Source of the DNA: Eledone cirrhosa
Taxonomy: Eukaryota
Assembly (NCBI GenBank): GCA_964016885.1
Contig: OZ024751.1
Span: 33,232,001 to 33,296,000 of the forward strand
Direction of reading: 5' to 3'
Length of the DNA stretch: 64,000 nt
Positions 27,871 to 43,544 of the stretch are shown here, one piece after another (position 1 is the first letter of the stretch; each line of letters begins with the position of its first letter). A model generated the notes under the pieces. The model did no database searches. It worked only from the letters and a program-made list of their open reading frames with translations, and had not been told where the DNA came from. The translations under genes were made by a program, and so were the position numbers.

Positions 27871-27934
27871 CATATATAGCTAAATATGTACAAATGTATT
27901 TATATATAAATTCATGTACACACATACACATTCA

Positions 27935-27987
<53 letters not shown>

Positions 27988-28156
27988 GTGTGTGGATAAT
28001 ATATGATTCTATGCGTAAGTATGTGTGCGCGGACACGTGTGATTGTGTGTGTAACAATATACAGCTGTTATCATGCTGTGTTTTATAGAAAAAAAAGGGG
28101 AATAAAAAATATGAAATATTGTGAATTTTTCTTTTAGTTTTATTTGAATGCATTAT

Positions 28157-28328
28157 TATTGAAATATCAGCAAAGAATTGTGAAAAACCGTCACAATAGC
28201 GGAGAAATTGAAATTTTTTCACGTTTTATAAGTAGGGCTTATTAAAGCAGAAGTAGTGAATGTATTGTGTTTTTTTATTTCTTCAGCATTGTGATGGTTT
28301 CCGTAGTTCTTTCGTAAATATTTCAATA
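28157..28328. mobile_element. Old imperfect inverted repeat (~58-bp arms) with RAAAC-C-RTC hammerhead 3'-half motif
   Basis: tattgaaatatcagcaaagaattgtgaaaaaccgtcacaat versus the reverse complement of the right arm, tattgaaatatttacgaaagaactacggaaaccatcacaat. Confidence 0.5.
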
Positions 28329-28332
28329 TTTC

Positions 28333-29119
<787 letters not shown>

Positions 29120-30704
29120 TACATGTATGCATTATTATGTAGAACTAGTGTGTAGGTGTAAAACCCTTTCCACGTATGCGTGTAATACGAATGACTCCAG
29201 CTTCACCTTATCTTATATACTAAGTGGAGCGTGTTGTTATAATTGGTTTATAACAAGTGAGATGTGATATAATTCTTAGCAAATTCGAAAAAAATTGCTG
29301 CATTCGATTTTTCCATCGTTTCTTTTTAATTTCTTCTTCAACATTTCCTAGCAATGAGCGTCAGAAATAATCTATAATATAGTCCAAAGTCAAAATATAC
29401 ACTATAGAAATATAGAAAGGAAAAATTTTCATCAAGAAAACATGATTAATGTAATCATTATTTTTGTACTATTTCAAGAGGCGTTGTGTGGCAGAAATAG
29501 AAGAGTGAAGTAGTGAAACGACTTTTGTGTTTTAGTTACCTCCCTTTATGTTTTCAATTAAAATTTTGCCTAGCTCAAATTTTCCTTTCATTTTCTAGAG
29601 TCGATAACTTAAGTAGCAGTTAAGTACTGATGTAGATTCTCTCAACTGTATTACTGTAATTTCTCACCATATGTATAACTTTACATCAAAATTAGAAATT
29701 ATATTTTTTACAGTATAATATTTAGTTGATAAAAATTGATTTAAAAAATGTTCTTAAAAATTAATATACGTAAAAAAGTAGTAAATAAAAGAATGATTTA
29801 GTCTAGGAAGTGTAAAGTAATCTCCTGGTTTACTCAAGGGGAAATAACTATCTACAGCAAAATGAATTCGAATTAATTGTTTGTAGCCTTAGTAGATAGA
29901 GTAAATGTTACAGTGCAGTAGGAGAGAAGAAATAACAGCTATTTGAAAACTTTATGGTTGAGAAGACTAATTGAGAAATTGTGAAATTAAACAGTGTTGA
30001 ATAATTTAAAATTAATGCGAAAAAGTGATAATATAAAAGATTATTACAAAAATATATACAAAAAATTTCGGATATAAAGGATTGATGATATCAAAAATTA
30101 TTTTAACAAAAATGAAGTTAAGCTATATTTGGAAACTAATATGCCTCACGATGCGGAAATATGTGATATTAATAAGTCACACCATCTTGCAACCCAACTA
30201 GGAATGCTTGAGGAGAGAAATTCTCTTGATCACTAATGTTATTCCATTCAAGATTATCATGGAAAATTTCACCTAATACATGAAGTAATATTCTTGAAGA
30301 AAAACTGGTTAGTAAATGGATTTCTTCGAGTAAACCTATTATGAATAGCTGAATGTTTCACAAAGTAACCAAGCAGTATCAGCAGATGATTGGCTGACTT
30401 TAAAGGAATTTAAAGCATTAGAACAAGCCCGATTGTCTTCTATAAACATTATCTGTCCATGATTAAGCTGTGTATTATCTCAGTCCCATAGGCCAGTGAT
30501 AGCCTATAAATATGTGTGCTCCATCAAACGTATTTAGTTGTTTGATGATCTGAACTATCCTCTCATTGAATTAACGAGTACCTGTAGAAGGATTACATAG
30601 GCACGTGGAACCTTAAATTAGTTTCCCTGTTCAATCAATGGGACACATATGTTAACATATGTATAAATACTGGACATTTGAATTCCTTGTTCAATCTATT
30701 CGAT

Positions 30705-30860
30705 GGATTTCCAAACACGTTCCACCTTCCCAATTTCACCCACAATACTTAACTCAGCTGGAGGCTGTAACTAAAGACATTTGCCCAAGAGTCCGCGTTG
30801 TGAGATTGACCGTGAAACCTTGTGATTGCGAACCAAACGTCTTGACCAATCGGCCATGTT
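30705..30860 (-). mobile_element. Degenerate copy of a third dispersed, probably tRNA-derived, repeat family
   Basis: aaagacatttgcccaaga...accttgtgattgcgaaccaaacgtcttgacc. Similar diverged segments lie at ~6400-6510 and ~20950-21100. Confidence 0.45.
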
Positions 30861-31206
30861 GTGAAAGTATGTAGCGATATAAAGCATCTTCTTGTCTGGT
30901 TCTTTTATGTTAGTAAGATGATATACTGTCTGGTGAGAAAAATAAGTAAATTGAGATTAGAAATAACTTGTAGCAAGATCCAACACGCCGGCGATTATGT
31001 CATGTCATGCGATGATATTTGCATACAAGTACTTTCAATCAAATCTGATTTTGCCCTACATATTTGAGGATTAGCATACTACATGAAACTAGATTTATAC
31101 ATGATTGGGTCGAAATATTGATTAAAAACAACTGATCAATGCCACCGTTTCTGTGATTTTACTGATCATATAAGGATTTTCAAACTTTAGGAGCCGCATT
31201 GGCTAT

Positions 31207-32173
31207 GATATATTGTTATATTGTAGTGTTATATTGTAGTGTTATCTGATATATTGTTATATTGTAGTGTTATCTTGTAGTGTTATCTGATATATTGTTA
31301 TATTGTAGTGCTATCTTTGGTAATATCTGATATATTGTTATATTGTAGTGTTATCTTTGGTAATATCTGATATATTGTGATATTGTAGTGTTATATTGTA
31401 GTGTTATCTTTGGTAATATCTGATATATTGTTATATTGTAGTGTTATCTTTGGTAATATCTGATATATTGTTATATTGTAGTGTTATCTGATATATTGTT
31501 ATATTGTAGTGTTATCTTTGGTAATATCTGATATATTGTTATATTGTAGTGTTATATTGTAGTAATATCTGATATATTGTTATATTGTAGTGTTATATTG
31601 TAGTAATATCTGATATATTGTTATATTGTAGTGTTATCTTTGGTAATATCTGATATATTGTTATATTGTAGTGTTATATTGTAGTAATATCTGATATATT
31701 GTTATATTGTAGTGTTATATTGTAGTAATATCTGATACATTGTTATATTGTAGTGTTATATTGTAGTAATATCTGATATATTGTTATATTGTAGTGTTAT
31801 CTTTGGTAATATCTGATATATTGTTATATTGTAGTGTTATATTGTAGTAATATCTGATATATTGTTATATTGTAGTGTTATATTGTAGTGTTATATTGTA
31901 GTGTTATATTGTAGTAATATCTGATATATTGTTATATTGTAGTGTTATATTGTAGTAATATCTGATACATTGTTATATTGTAGTGTTATATTGTAGTAAT
32001 ATCTGATATATTGTTATATTGTAGTGTTATCTTTGGTAATATCTGATATATTGTTATATTGTAGTGTTATATTGTAGTAATATCTGATATATTGTTATAT
32101 TGTAGTGTTATATTGTAGTAATATCTGATATATTGTTATATTGTAGTGTTATATTGTAGTGTTATCTGATATA
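31207..32173. repeat. Hierarchical minisatellite (~40-41-bp units built from a 13-bp subunit gttatattgtagt)
   Basis: gatatatt-gttatattgtagt-gttatattgtagt-aatatct and a variant with gttatctttggt alternate over ~970 bp. Confidence 0.95.
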
Positions 32174-32304
32174 TCAAGAACTCATTGAGTCTGTTGGGGG
32201 GAAAGAAACAATTATTACATTATAAATTTTATTTGAGAAAATGTTTTATAATTGTCTTATTTATTTTGAGTTCAATTATCATGCTGCTCAAAGGCGGCGG
32301 CAGC

Positions 32305-32379
<75 letters not shown>
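32305..32379. repeat. (AGT)n microsatellite
   Basis: Visible. Explains the poly-S and poly-Y ORFs. Confidence 0.97.
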
Positions 32380-32380
<1 letters not shown>

Positions 32381-32423
32381 ATCATTTGATATTGCTAGTT
32401 GACTTATTGCGGCGTATACTTCG

Positions 32424-32690
32424 TCAGATTGGGGTATTCGGCTCGTCGAGCAATGGAGCTTGGGTAGCCAGCCTTCTGAAGACATTGCCTACAGCGAGAG
32501 GGTGTAATACACTGATTTTCGTCCTATAAGCGGGGTCAGGTTCACTGAAAAAAGGCCTCGGGACTAAGATTCCCAGGCGATGTGGATTAACAACTGCTAC
32601 AATCAGGCTCAGTCGGCGGTGCCTGAACTCAGGAGTGAGGGGAGACACCAAATGTTCAGAGATTTGCAAAGTTTTATCCTCGAACTGCAT
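32424..32690 (-). pseudogene. CRE-clade non-LTR retrotransposon reverse transcriptase fragment
   Basis: ORF HLVSPLTPEFRHRRLSLIVAVVN...VPRPFF...VLHPLAVGNVFRRLA resembles the recalled CRE RT pattern HLKDL.S...G.RLL..LT..VN...VP..RPFFFGA...GIRPIAVGNTFRRL. It forms a GC-rich island. Confidence 0.68.
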
Positions 32691-35207
32691 CAAAATAAAT
32701 CAATACAAAGGAGAAATGTTCTAACCTGATTTCTCATGGAAATGACGCTAAAATAATATAGATGGATATATGTTCGGCTTGCTTATTATTATTATTAAGA
32801 GACATTTAAAAAGCCAGCAACTGCAGTAAATATGAAGGAAAATGTCTAAAGTGAAATACTTATAGAATTTCTTATGCCATTCCTTTTATTATCCAATCCT
32901 TATTCAATAACTAGCTTTGTACGTCTTATATTTTTAAGTGAGTAACGTTAAAGATTAAGCAGTGACTAAAAGCTTCATTGTTATAAAACTATCTACGCTT
33001 TCTTATCTGCTTCTTTCGCTTGGCTTTCGTTCGAATATGTTGTTAATTCCCTCATCTTCAACTATAATAGATATATCTTCTTACAGTTGTATGCCTTCTC
33101 AATTCTAGTTTATATTATATTTGATTTAGGCTTAAATGCTTTGTGAAGGATCATTCTGACACCAGAAATAAATTCAATTCTGCTTTAGAATTGAGAATTT
33201 TTCAGCAAAAACGTCTTTTTTTTTTATTTATTTCTCAATCCCCGTGCGCTTAATAAAATTGCAGTATTAACGCTAAAAGCGAAAAGAAACAAAACGTCTT
33301 TTTCAAATGAATGTGAAATCTATATGTTTTTCAAAACTATTTCAAAACCTTATACATTTCGTCATGTAAGTCTCTGGAGATTCTGCTCTCAGATTGTTTT
33401 ATTTGGTGACGCTAAAAATCCTCAAGTTTTACGCTAGGAAATTCCTTTTCTTTGTTATCATTTCGATGAAGAAGCATATTTTAAATCTCAAACGTAAAGG
33501 ATAATCAATTTTAAGGCAGTTCCCTTCTTCTGTCAGCTGTCATTTCGAACAATACATCCATTAGATAAAACAGGATGCTAAAAATATACACGTAAAATAA
33601 CACAACATTTATCCGTTCTGATAAACTATTCGCTTCAGGCAGTTTCTATATCATATTCATATTCTATTAGATTCTAATGTTACGTTTCAATTCTTCCTAA
33701 TAGTAGCCACAAAATTTTAAAATATGTTAGCTGAAACAGAAAGCATTATTATTCGCTTTGTTTTATACTGTATATTGGAGATGAATTGTATATTAATGGT
33801 AAATCAGTTTCAAATTAATTTCAATTGAGCTGATCCCGAAATGGGATTAGAAATTTTGTTTTATTTTTCAAATTTCTGTTTTCGAAAGCCTTAATGCAGA
33901 TATATGAAAATTGTCGAAAGATATTAGAAGATTTTTTTGAGTATGTTTCAATTTCAAGTCGAACGAAGTATATTTCAAGGTCTACATGAATTATATTAGT
34001 AAGAATTTATATTATATGAAATTTTAAAATATTTTTATTACAAATGAATATGTTTTAGTAAAATGATTTATCCGTTCTTTCCAGAGGAGTTCATAAATTA
34101 AAGTCATGCTTGACAAAATGTTTTTATGTTAACTTGCTGTATTTTTCCCAAAACCTTTAATGTATTTTTAACATAACTTTCCACATATTACTTAGAGAAA
34201 TGGCTAGAGTAATATCTGTATAGAGCTCGTTTTCAATTGCAATTGGAAATATTTTTTATCTCTTTCATCCTACCATTTCCATTGATAATAAATCATCTTT
34301 TCTTCTTTTGTGACCGAAATATAGCTACCATGGTCGTGTCGCTCCATCTAACATTAAATTCTTGTCACTGCCATCCAGGTCTATTTCGATTCTGTTTTAT
34401 GGCTTGGTCAGTTGATGAGAAAACAGCATTCATAATATTTTATGGGATCTCCCAGGCTAGTGGGAGAGAGAGAAGAAACTGCCTTCTACCCGGAGTGGAG
34501 ACTTCTCTAAGAACACCAAAAACCCAGTTGTGGAATTAAAACCTACAATTCCTCAACAGGTATTTTAAACTTTATCTGATAGGATTCCACACACCTTCCA
34601 TCTACTTATCTTTACACCCTAAACTAGGAAAGATGCCACCTACCTACAATGAGACGCTGAAGGACGGAACCCTGTGTCACATGTCTATGACACAAATTTC
34701 TTAACATAGGGGTCGTGCATAAAGTGAACCGTCCTTTTTGCTGGATGCTCAGATCGAAATGTATCGATTGTTTGAAGTAACAAGAAATATTTTAATAGTT
34801 CAAAGGTATCATAGTTCTGATGAGTGACTAAATAAATCTCGTTCTGAATGAATGACATATATTGAATATATAAGTGAAACTGTAAATCTAACAACATTAA
34901 TGTCTTTGAATGCTCACTTCAGCATTGATTCAGATTAAACATTGGCTGCATAAATCTTGAACCACACGAGAAAAGTCTGAAAAACTAGACTATAGTAATA
35001 AAAGGAAAAATATGTAAACATTGGATTTGAAGTAGAATGAGGAAAGCAGACATGTATATAGATAGATATGAGGGGAGAAAATCATAAGAGATGTTCATAA
35101 AACGAACTCAGTCATGCACGTATTCCCTAATGGGAACGAATGGATGGCCAAATGTCATTTCAAGTGGAGAGAATTGGAGAGAGAAACAGACAGAGGGAGA
35201 TATATAT

Positions 35208-35284
<77 letters not shown>

Positions 35285-36778
35285 TAATGAATTGTTTTGC
35301 TTTGTATTAAAAATGGCGGGAAAGAAATGTGTGACATCCAAATCAGTATTTATAACCGTCTTAGCACATGTGTGTAACAGCTTCTATATGAACTAGTTTA
35401 AATATACCAAGAACCAATGAGTGCAATTTTACATTATTATATTCAACATGACATGGGAGTTATTCAACGCCTCTATGCATTCGCTAGGGATGGCAGACAA
35501 ATCTACTCCAAATTATATTATAGTACTTGTAAACTGGAAAGAGACATGCTTGTTTTCAAGATAATGTAGTCCTAGATACACTATGCCTTAAACAGAATAC
35601 AAAAAGACCACAACTCCAAAGCCTTTTCTACCATTAGCTTTAGTAATATTAAAAAGCATTAAGTTAATTAAATATAGGATTTAGGAATCGAAATAGATTT
35701 ACAACTTACAAGTGACCCACGGAGTCATACAGCAACCATTAGGTTTGTATCTGGCTAGTTACCATATAAATCACTATTAGTTTTGTTCAAGTTTTCTATT
35801 TTAATAAATTTCCTTGTACATCCCGCTGAATACTTTTATTACCTTGATAAGTGTTGTAAAAAAAAAGAAGTGGTTAGTGGAAGCTGTGTAGATTCATGTC
35901 AGAGAGAAGGTTACTGTTTTATAGGAGCTGCGTAAAGTTAATCTATTTTTACTGTTTAACGACCCCATTTCGTCCATGGAGGCTTTTAGCAGATCAAATC
36001 TGTTTGAGGAAATTAGACAAGAACACTTGTCTGGTGATATCTTCCTATTCCTTTATCTCAGGTTTATTATTGCCTTGAAAATTATTATATTTATTTCCAT
36101 TCTCCTTTGACTAAGTCAACAATCTTTTTTTTAATACAAGTAGATATCATATTTTGTTACAATTTAGCAGCAGTAGTAGCAGTAGTAGCAGTATTGGCAG
36201 TGACAACAGCAGCAATGCTGAAAACTGTTCTCAACTCTACTCTTGTTATGGAGCAATTGATGAAGAGAACGAGAATTGGGTGTTAGACTTGTAACTGAGC
36301 CCTGTAAAATATACAACAGCTTTAGCAATCAATACCAAACACTGTGACAGGATACGAATTCTTTAACGTACTTGAGTCATCATCATCATTAGCCTCATCA
36401 CCATAATCATTATTACCATAATCATCATCATCGTTATCATCATCAAACGATTGCTTATTTGCTGAATTGGTGATTTCAGAGAGAGAAAGCGAGACAGAGG
36501 AAATGTGAATAGAATGTGGTAAAGAGTGAGATAGAGAGAGAAAGAGAGGGAGAGAGAAATAGAGAGAAAGAGTGATGGAGAGAGCGAGAGAGAGGGGGGG
36601 GGGGGTTAAGTAGAGCACTATACTAAATACATTACGGAAGTTAGTCACACCCATCACAGTTCTCAATGAAACCCCAACTATCGGTGTATAGTATATTGGA
36701 GTACATTCAATAGAACCCGCCAAACACTGTTACTTAAGACCAGTACTACTTCTCATATCATTCTGTTATTGTATAAAG

Positions 36779-37008
36779 AAGGGTGCTGCCTTGGCAGTAT
36801 CGGTAGAGCATCGGACACCATGTTTCACAGTGGAGAGACACGGCCCTTTATGTTCTGAGTTCAAATCTCGCCGTGGTTAGCTTTGCCTTTCATCTTTACA
36901 GGGTCGATAAAATAAAGCATCAGTTTAGCACTGGGGTCGATTTAATCGACTTTCACCCCCTCCCCACCCCCAAATTATTGGTTTTGTGCCTAAATCAGAA
37001 ACCGTTAT
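36779..37008 (+). mobile_element. tRNA-derived SINE, long subfamily, 13-bp TSD (1 mismatch)
   Basis: A and B boxes plus an extra ggggtcgatttaatcgac...cccc segment. TSD ttattgYataaag at 36766-36778 and 37009-37021. Confidence 0.88.
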
Positions 37009-37021
37009 TTATTGCATAAAG

Positions 37022-37250
37022 GGGTCTGGGGTTGGGAGAGGTGTTAGAATATTGGACAACTGCTTAGCAGCATTAGTGCTGGTTCCTTGCGTTCACAGTT
37101 CAGCTCTTACCGAAGTCAACGTTATTTATATCCTTCCACGGTCAATAAAATAAAGTACCAGTTACGTACTAGGGCTGGTATGATCAACTTTCTCCCCCAC
37201 GACCCCACCCCAAATTGCTGGCCCAATGTTTAAATTATAAACCATTATTT
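37022..37250 (+). mobile_element. Older long-subfamily SINE directly downstream of the previous copy
   Basis: gaagtcaac...tatccttccacggtcaataaaataaagtaccag...caaattgctggcc. Confidence 0.8.
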
Positions 37251-38127
37251 TTCGTGTAGAGGAAAACGTGAGGCTCTGGTTAAAATAAGGCTGAAAAATA
37301 AATTCGTAGTAAACATTAATATCAGGAATCCAAATACCCAGTTTTCGTTCGCGTGACATTGCTTTTGATATTAGAAATAAAATATAATAAGAACAACAAA
37401 CAGTCACAATGCTGATAATAATAGTATCAACAATGAAATACTGTAATAATAATACTGTATAAACATTAATATTGTGACCGTGAAATAAATCGATATATAT
37501 GCGAGCAAAATGGAAAGCTGTATTCTAAAAGCATAGATTTGTTCTGTTTTAATGATCCTTATGGAAATTAATATACTATAGAAGGATGTTGTTTCAATGA
37601 AGGTTTTTCAATTGCGAAACAAAGCGATAAGAAATAAAATAAAATGTAATAGACTATATAGAAAACTGTGTGCATTTGTGAAAGAGCATTCTGTTCTTCG
37701 GTTTACTAAAGAATACATTTAACATTAGTAAAACAAAATTCTACATAGAGAATAGAAGGGACTTTTATTCTGTATATTGATATTAGTGAAATTACATCTC
37801 CAATTTCTAACGAGATCATTAGATTTCAATAACAATAAATGTGTGAATGTGAGATAATTCACGAGAATCTATAATATATGCAAATATCCTGATTAAAAAT
37901 AAATAAATAAATAATCAACAAAACACGAGAACTACTAGAAAAAAATACTTTATTGTATATTTGTTATTGTTGCACTTGTTGTTGTTCATGTTGTTCTATT
38001 TTTTATGTTTTATTCAGAGCAATGAATATGTTGTCTCTAATAAAAACAAAATACTCTATAACAAATACTATATAACAAATATACATAGTTATATATTTAT
38101 ATATATATTCGTATATACACACACGTA

Positions 38128-38179
<52 letters not shown>

Positions 38180-39974
38180 GTGTGTATGTCCGTGTATATA
38201 GGTGGCATTAACTATTTGGGGAGACACACCATTTGTTGTCCTCTCTATATTTCTATATGGCAGTATTACTAGCTCAAACGACTATGGCTTTTATTGATTG
38301 TTCTATCCAGCTACATGAACTATCCAACAGGAAAAATTCTGTGATATCGCTCGATGTGCTAGAAAAGGCAGCCAAAACAATCCTTATCTGATACTATACC
38401 CACCTTATAAGGTAAAAGATTAAATAGACAATGTAGACTTTATGTAACAGCTGTCAATTATAGGGATGGTCGTGGGTGGAGTGTCTTTTGTCATATGTTC
38501 AGTGAATGAGGCTACCTTAAGGTTAAAAACAACAATAGCATCTTTGCTATTTATCCACAGGACGTTACTGAGATGAAGGAATAGGAAGATACCACCAGAC
38601 AAATGTTCTTGTTTGATTTCCTCAAACAGATTTGACTCTATTAAAACCGGTTAAGTGTGCACTAGACAATCTATCATTCCATCTTTAATGGCTGTAGATG
38701 TGGTTTGATGGAGATTTGGCTGCTGTTTCCAGCAGTCCAATTGGGCGCATACTTATTCCCTTATTGACTAACATGAACAAGAAAGAACTAAGAAAATTGG
38801 TCATCCGTGTTCCTCGAATTGTCTTTATCATGAAGATACACAATAAAGCCAGTTAAGGAACAGAAACTATCCTGTCACCCCACTATAACGTTTCCTATCA
38901 GATAGGTACAACGGTTTTATATAAAACATGAAACACAAATATCAATAAGATGCGAAAGGAAACCCAGTAACAACGGATTCGATGTGAAATAAGCAAAGAT
39001 ATTTTTTGTATGAAGTCTGCAATGAAAGAATATGTATTGATGTATCCATCAAATAACTCGTAATTTTGTCAAAGGAAATGTATAATCAATTGATAAAATA
39101 TAAAGAGAGAATGTATCATCATATGTAGCTGGAAACCGTCTGAGGGACACGAATCAAGAATATCGTGCTTCCTGATTTAGTATGCTCCCCAGAGTCATTT
39201 TTTAATATTATAGTGTTTCCACTAAACCCTCGGCCATATCTTGTAGAAGAATGTATCATTAATTGAATCGACCTTATTACATTAACGCTATTTATTATTT
39301 TATCGACTTGCGGCCGTGATGTTATCCATAGTTACCTCTCCAGGGATTACTGCTCACAACTGGGAGGCAATAAAAACTATACACCAAAACCTAAATAAAC
39401 AAATTTGAAGTCCAGTGTTCTGTTGAGTCATCAACCTCCCTACTAAAGAAAATAACATTGTATTCATGTTGTGATCAGATCCAAGAATTAGTGTTTATAG
39501 TTGTAGAAATATATATACGATTAATCAACATCGGTATATTGCTATTTGCTGACCATCAAATGAATAACATATAAAGTCGTAACTGGTGAGATTTGAGATG
39601 AGAATATAGAGATATCACACACATTAACACTTTCTTACACAAGCAGAAGACTATAAATGGGGGAATATTGGAACAGTCGATCCTATCCACCTTAGTACGT
39701 GACTGGGTGTTTATATTATCAACCCAAAAAGGAGGGAAGCTAAAGTTGATCTTTGCAGCATATGAAAACAGAAAGAAAAATATTTGAAAAAACATTACAA
39801 AGTACGTTTTTTTCATTATTTCCATTAGTCCTCCTTTGCTAATATAACTCACAATTCTAAATATACTTATATTATTTTCATTAAGTGTATGACTAATTCT
39901 TGTACGACAAGAGTATACAAATTAAATCAACCTAGCCTGTTAGGTCTGGGTTGTGTTCTGGAGCAAAACATTAC

Positions 39975-40110
39975 ATTTCAGGATGCTCCAGTATACTCAG
40001 CTGAACATGAGTACCAGTGATAGTTGGAGGTTTACCCCTGAGAAGGACAGGTGTCCTGTCCCAGGAGGAGATTTGTACTCTGTCGCTTAACACGCCTGGT
40101 GAATCTCTGG
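39975..40110 (+). mobile_element. SINE remnant with V-domain-like core
   Basis: cccctgagaaggacaggtgtcctgtcccaggaggag...tactctgtcgcttaa resembles the recalled V-SINE core cctgcgatggactagcgtcccgtccagggg...gtcgctt. Confidence 0.4.
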
Positions 40111-42292
40111 GTTCGAAATAGACCTTAGATTTCTTGTATTTTTTAGAATGTGTTAGTAATCCTTGTTTTATTGGCCCGCGAGTGATGACTAGCGAAGTGA
40201 ACCCTGTGGGATTTGAACTCAAAACAATACAACACGAAAGTTAAACCATCTAATCCGGTCCATTATTTTCTGTTGCCTCGGCCAACTTCACCGTAAAGAA
40301 ACTATTTTAATATTAAAACATAATTCCTTTGTTTGTGACAATGTTCTTTAAATACTCTTGAGATTATTACAAGAATTACAAAACAAAATTATAAAACAAA
40401 CCAAAACAAACAAAATAAACAAATCTCCCATCAATGTTTGCAATCATTCCATTACTTCATCTCGGCAGAATTGTCTTCATATTTTAAGGAACAGTTGTAT
40501 GAATTCATTTTATCATAACTCTGTCAAATCTAATTTTATACTAAAATTAACATAATAACTACATTAGCATTCATTGAATTTAAACAAACCTATTTTTCCA
40601 AACCTTTTTGTAATTTCATTAAATATGCATTCTATTTTGCGCTTTCCTATCTTTAACTTCTTTATTGCTTCTTCAATTCTTCTATTATATTTGATTATAT
40701 GATTTTGCTTCTCACTTTATTCTTTCATTAATTCTACCAAACCTTGCAGAAATATCAACACCGTATCCCCCCATCTTTTATATCCACAAGCCGTTATGAA
40801 ATCCATGCACTTCTTAGTATTCAGCATACTTTAAACATGATAATGATGAGAATCAAGATGATGATAATGATGCTGATGATGATATGGCTGTTGATACTGA
40901 TGTTGTTTTAACTTCAAGTGGGTCCTGCTTGGGAGGTTACACCATCAGGAACAATACAAACTCGGCTAACCCGTCTTTTATATTTGTCATAATGCATACC
41001 AGAATACATTATCCAGTATGACATACATTTTAAAATAGTAGGATTTGAAGTGTATTTAGCTGCTGTTTATAACAGACAGAGCGCTCCTGTCACTGTACCG
41101 TTATTAGATAATAAGGATAGTGATGATGGTGACCAGAATCATGGTCATCACTACGTTCACTATAAGGAGACAAATATTCTCGCTGGGGTGAGCTGACACA
41201 GTCAACAGAACGTCTGTCACGATCAACTGTCAGGCGCTCAGTTGATCGTGACGACCCAATGCAAGTCTGCCTTACAAAAGAGCTTCTTGGGTTGGGCAAT
41301 GTAGTTCCAGATATATAGAAAATGTTTCTCTGGGTATGACTAGAACGTAGATCAAATACAGTTAGGATTATCTTGTGTCAGCGGCCACGAAATGGTTGTG
41401 GTCTACGGAAACATTTCAAGTCAAATGTGCTACTATACAGTTGAATTCCAAGTACAAAAATGGATCAACTCTGACCGAGAAAAGTATTTTCATACAACAC
41501 CATGTCCTGATTCATTGCAGTCGCCTGCAGAAACCTACAGCTCTTGGTGTTTTATTTTCTCTAACAATCTTCAGGATCTTGACATAATGTCATGAGCCTT
41601 GAGACGCCTTCTCCTACACCTCTAACAAAACCTTCTATATTCTTTGACATCGAATTCACGACTACAACCAGAGACACTCCAAGATAAACACTAACACGTG
41701 CAGTAACGCAAAAAAGACAACAGAAAGAGAAATGTCCTTTCTCGTAGGTCCATTATTCTATATATAAGAACGACTAGATTCTGTATAAATTCTGAATAAC
41801 GATTAATTATAAATGTAACCCGATCTGTCGAGATTATTTATATAAATTAACCATTGTTGGTTAAAGAAATCAACATTCTACATATTTCGTGCTCGCTTAT
41901 AACCTTCAAATATTCTAATTGGATCTTATAAAGCTTCGCTCTACTTCTAATCTTCTATTAATGTTCAAATGTAAAAAGAATGTGCTTCTTGTTCTGAGCA
42001 ATACTTTCATAGAATAATCTCTTAATACGTCATAAACCATGTGATTGAAGTTTGCTTAAGCTCTTGAATGAGTGAACTTAAGTACGTCTTATATTTAGTA
42101 AGCCCTTTCGTACGATGCTTATTTTCCATCATAACATTTTGCCTTCAATATATGAGTATATGTATGTATGATTGCATATATATATATATAATATATTAGT
42201 ATAGGGGATTCAGTGATTTACACATACTCAAATACATAAAAATATATATATGTATGTATAAATATATAAACATATACACACACACACATGCA

Positions 42293-42338
<46 letters not shown>

Positions 42339-42367
42339 AATGCGGATTCAGCGATTTTACACAAACT

Positions 42368-42408
<41 letters not shown>

Positions 42409-43544
42409 TATATGTGTGTGTGTGAAGAGGGAAATAGTAGGCATTATTATCTATAATAGCTTGTTTTTTGTCATATTTAGTGACGTAGAAAGCACAAAAT
42501 ATCACCATCATATCAATTTTTAATGAATGGGAAAGAGAGAGAAACATACTGGAGTAGAACCGACATGGGGGAAAAAATAAAGTAAAGTTCACATAGAGAG
42601 GGAGAAAGAGAATGAATGAGAGACAGGGGGACAGGATGAAAGGGAGAAATACTGAGAGAGATGGTGAGTGAGAGAATGAATGGGAGAGATACAGAGGGAG
42701 ATAGTGAGAGAGGGAGTGAAGTGATAAGCGAAAGATAGCGAGGTTGGTGGAAGATAGAATGACTGAAGAAATCAAACATTAAAAAGCGGAGAAGACATGG
42801 AAAAATGGAGAAGAAAATAGGAAGAATGTGAACTGTATTTTGGCGTGTAAGAGGTAAATAGTCGATTGGTTGTTTGGACATTTGCCAGAGAATCTCACTT
42901 CAGAGATAGTCAATATTTACCAATTCCGTATTGATATATGCATTATTTGTTCAAACGTTAAGTAATGCCGCCGACAGAATTCGTATAAAATTTCAGATAT
43001 TTAAAATAATATCGATTATTTATTTTTCTTAACCAACCAATCCAAACAGCAACGAACGAACCCTTTACGTAGTGGCTTGATATGGTGTAAGCTAGAAACA
43101 GCAGCTACATCTCCTTCAAATCACATCCTACTGTCTTAGATAAGAAAGGTCCAGTATAGATAATATATATGTAGTGGTTTAAACTAATGAAATGACCACG
43201 GCAAGAATGTTCTTGATCCTCGAATCTGCTCAGAGTTGACTTGGTGCTAGAGAAGAAATAGGAAGAAAGTAAAACTGTTTTACCACGTTGTTTCTGCGTC
43301 TTCCTATGATTTCTATGAGAGAGTGAGAGAGACAAAGAAATGTGATACACACACACATACACACGTGTGTGTGTGTGTGTGTTCAGATAATAGTTGAAAA
43401 ACTTGGGTAATTTTCTTTCCGTATCTAAGATTAATTTACCCAATTTTCACAACAAATACTCATTGTGATCGACTCTTATTTCACCTATTTTCCACGTTTG
43501 GGACTGTTCCAATTTTAATTATATATATATATATATAATTCTAA

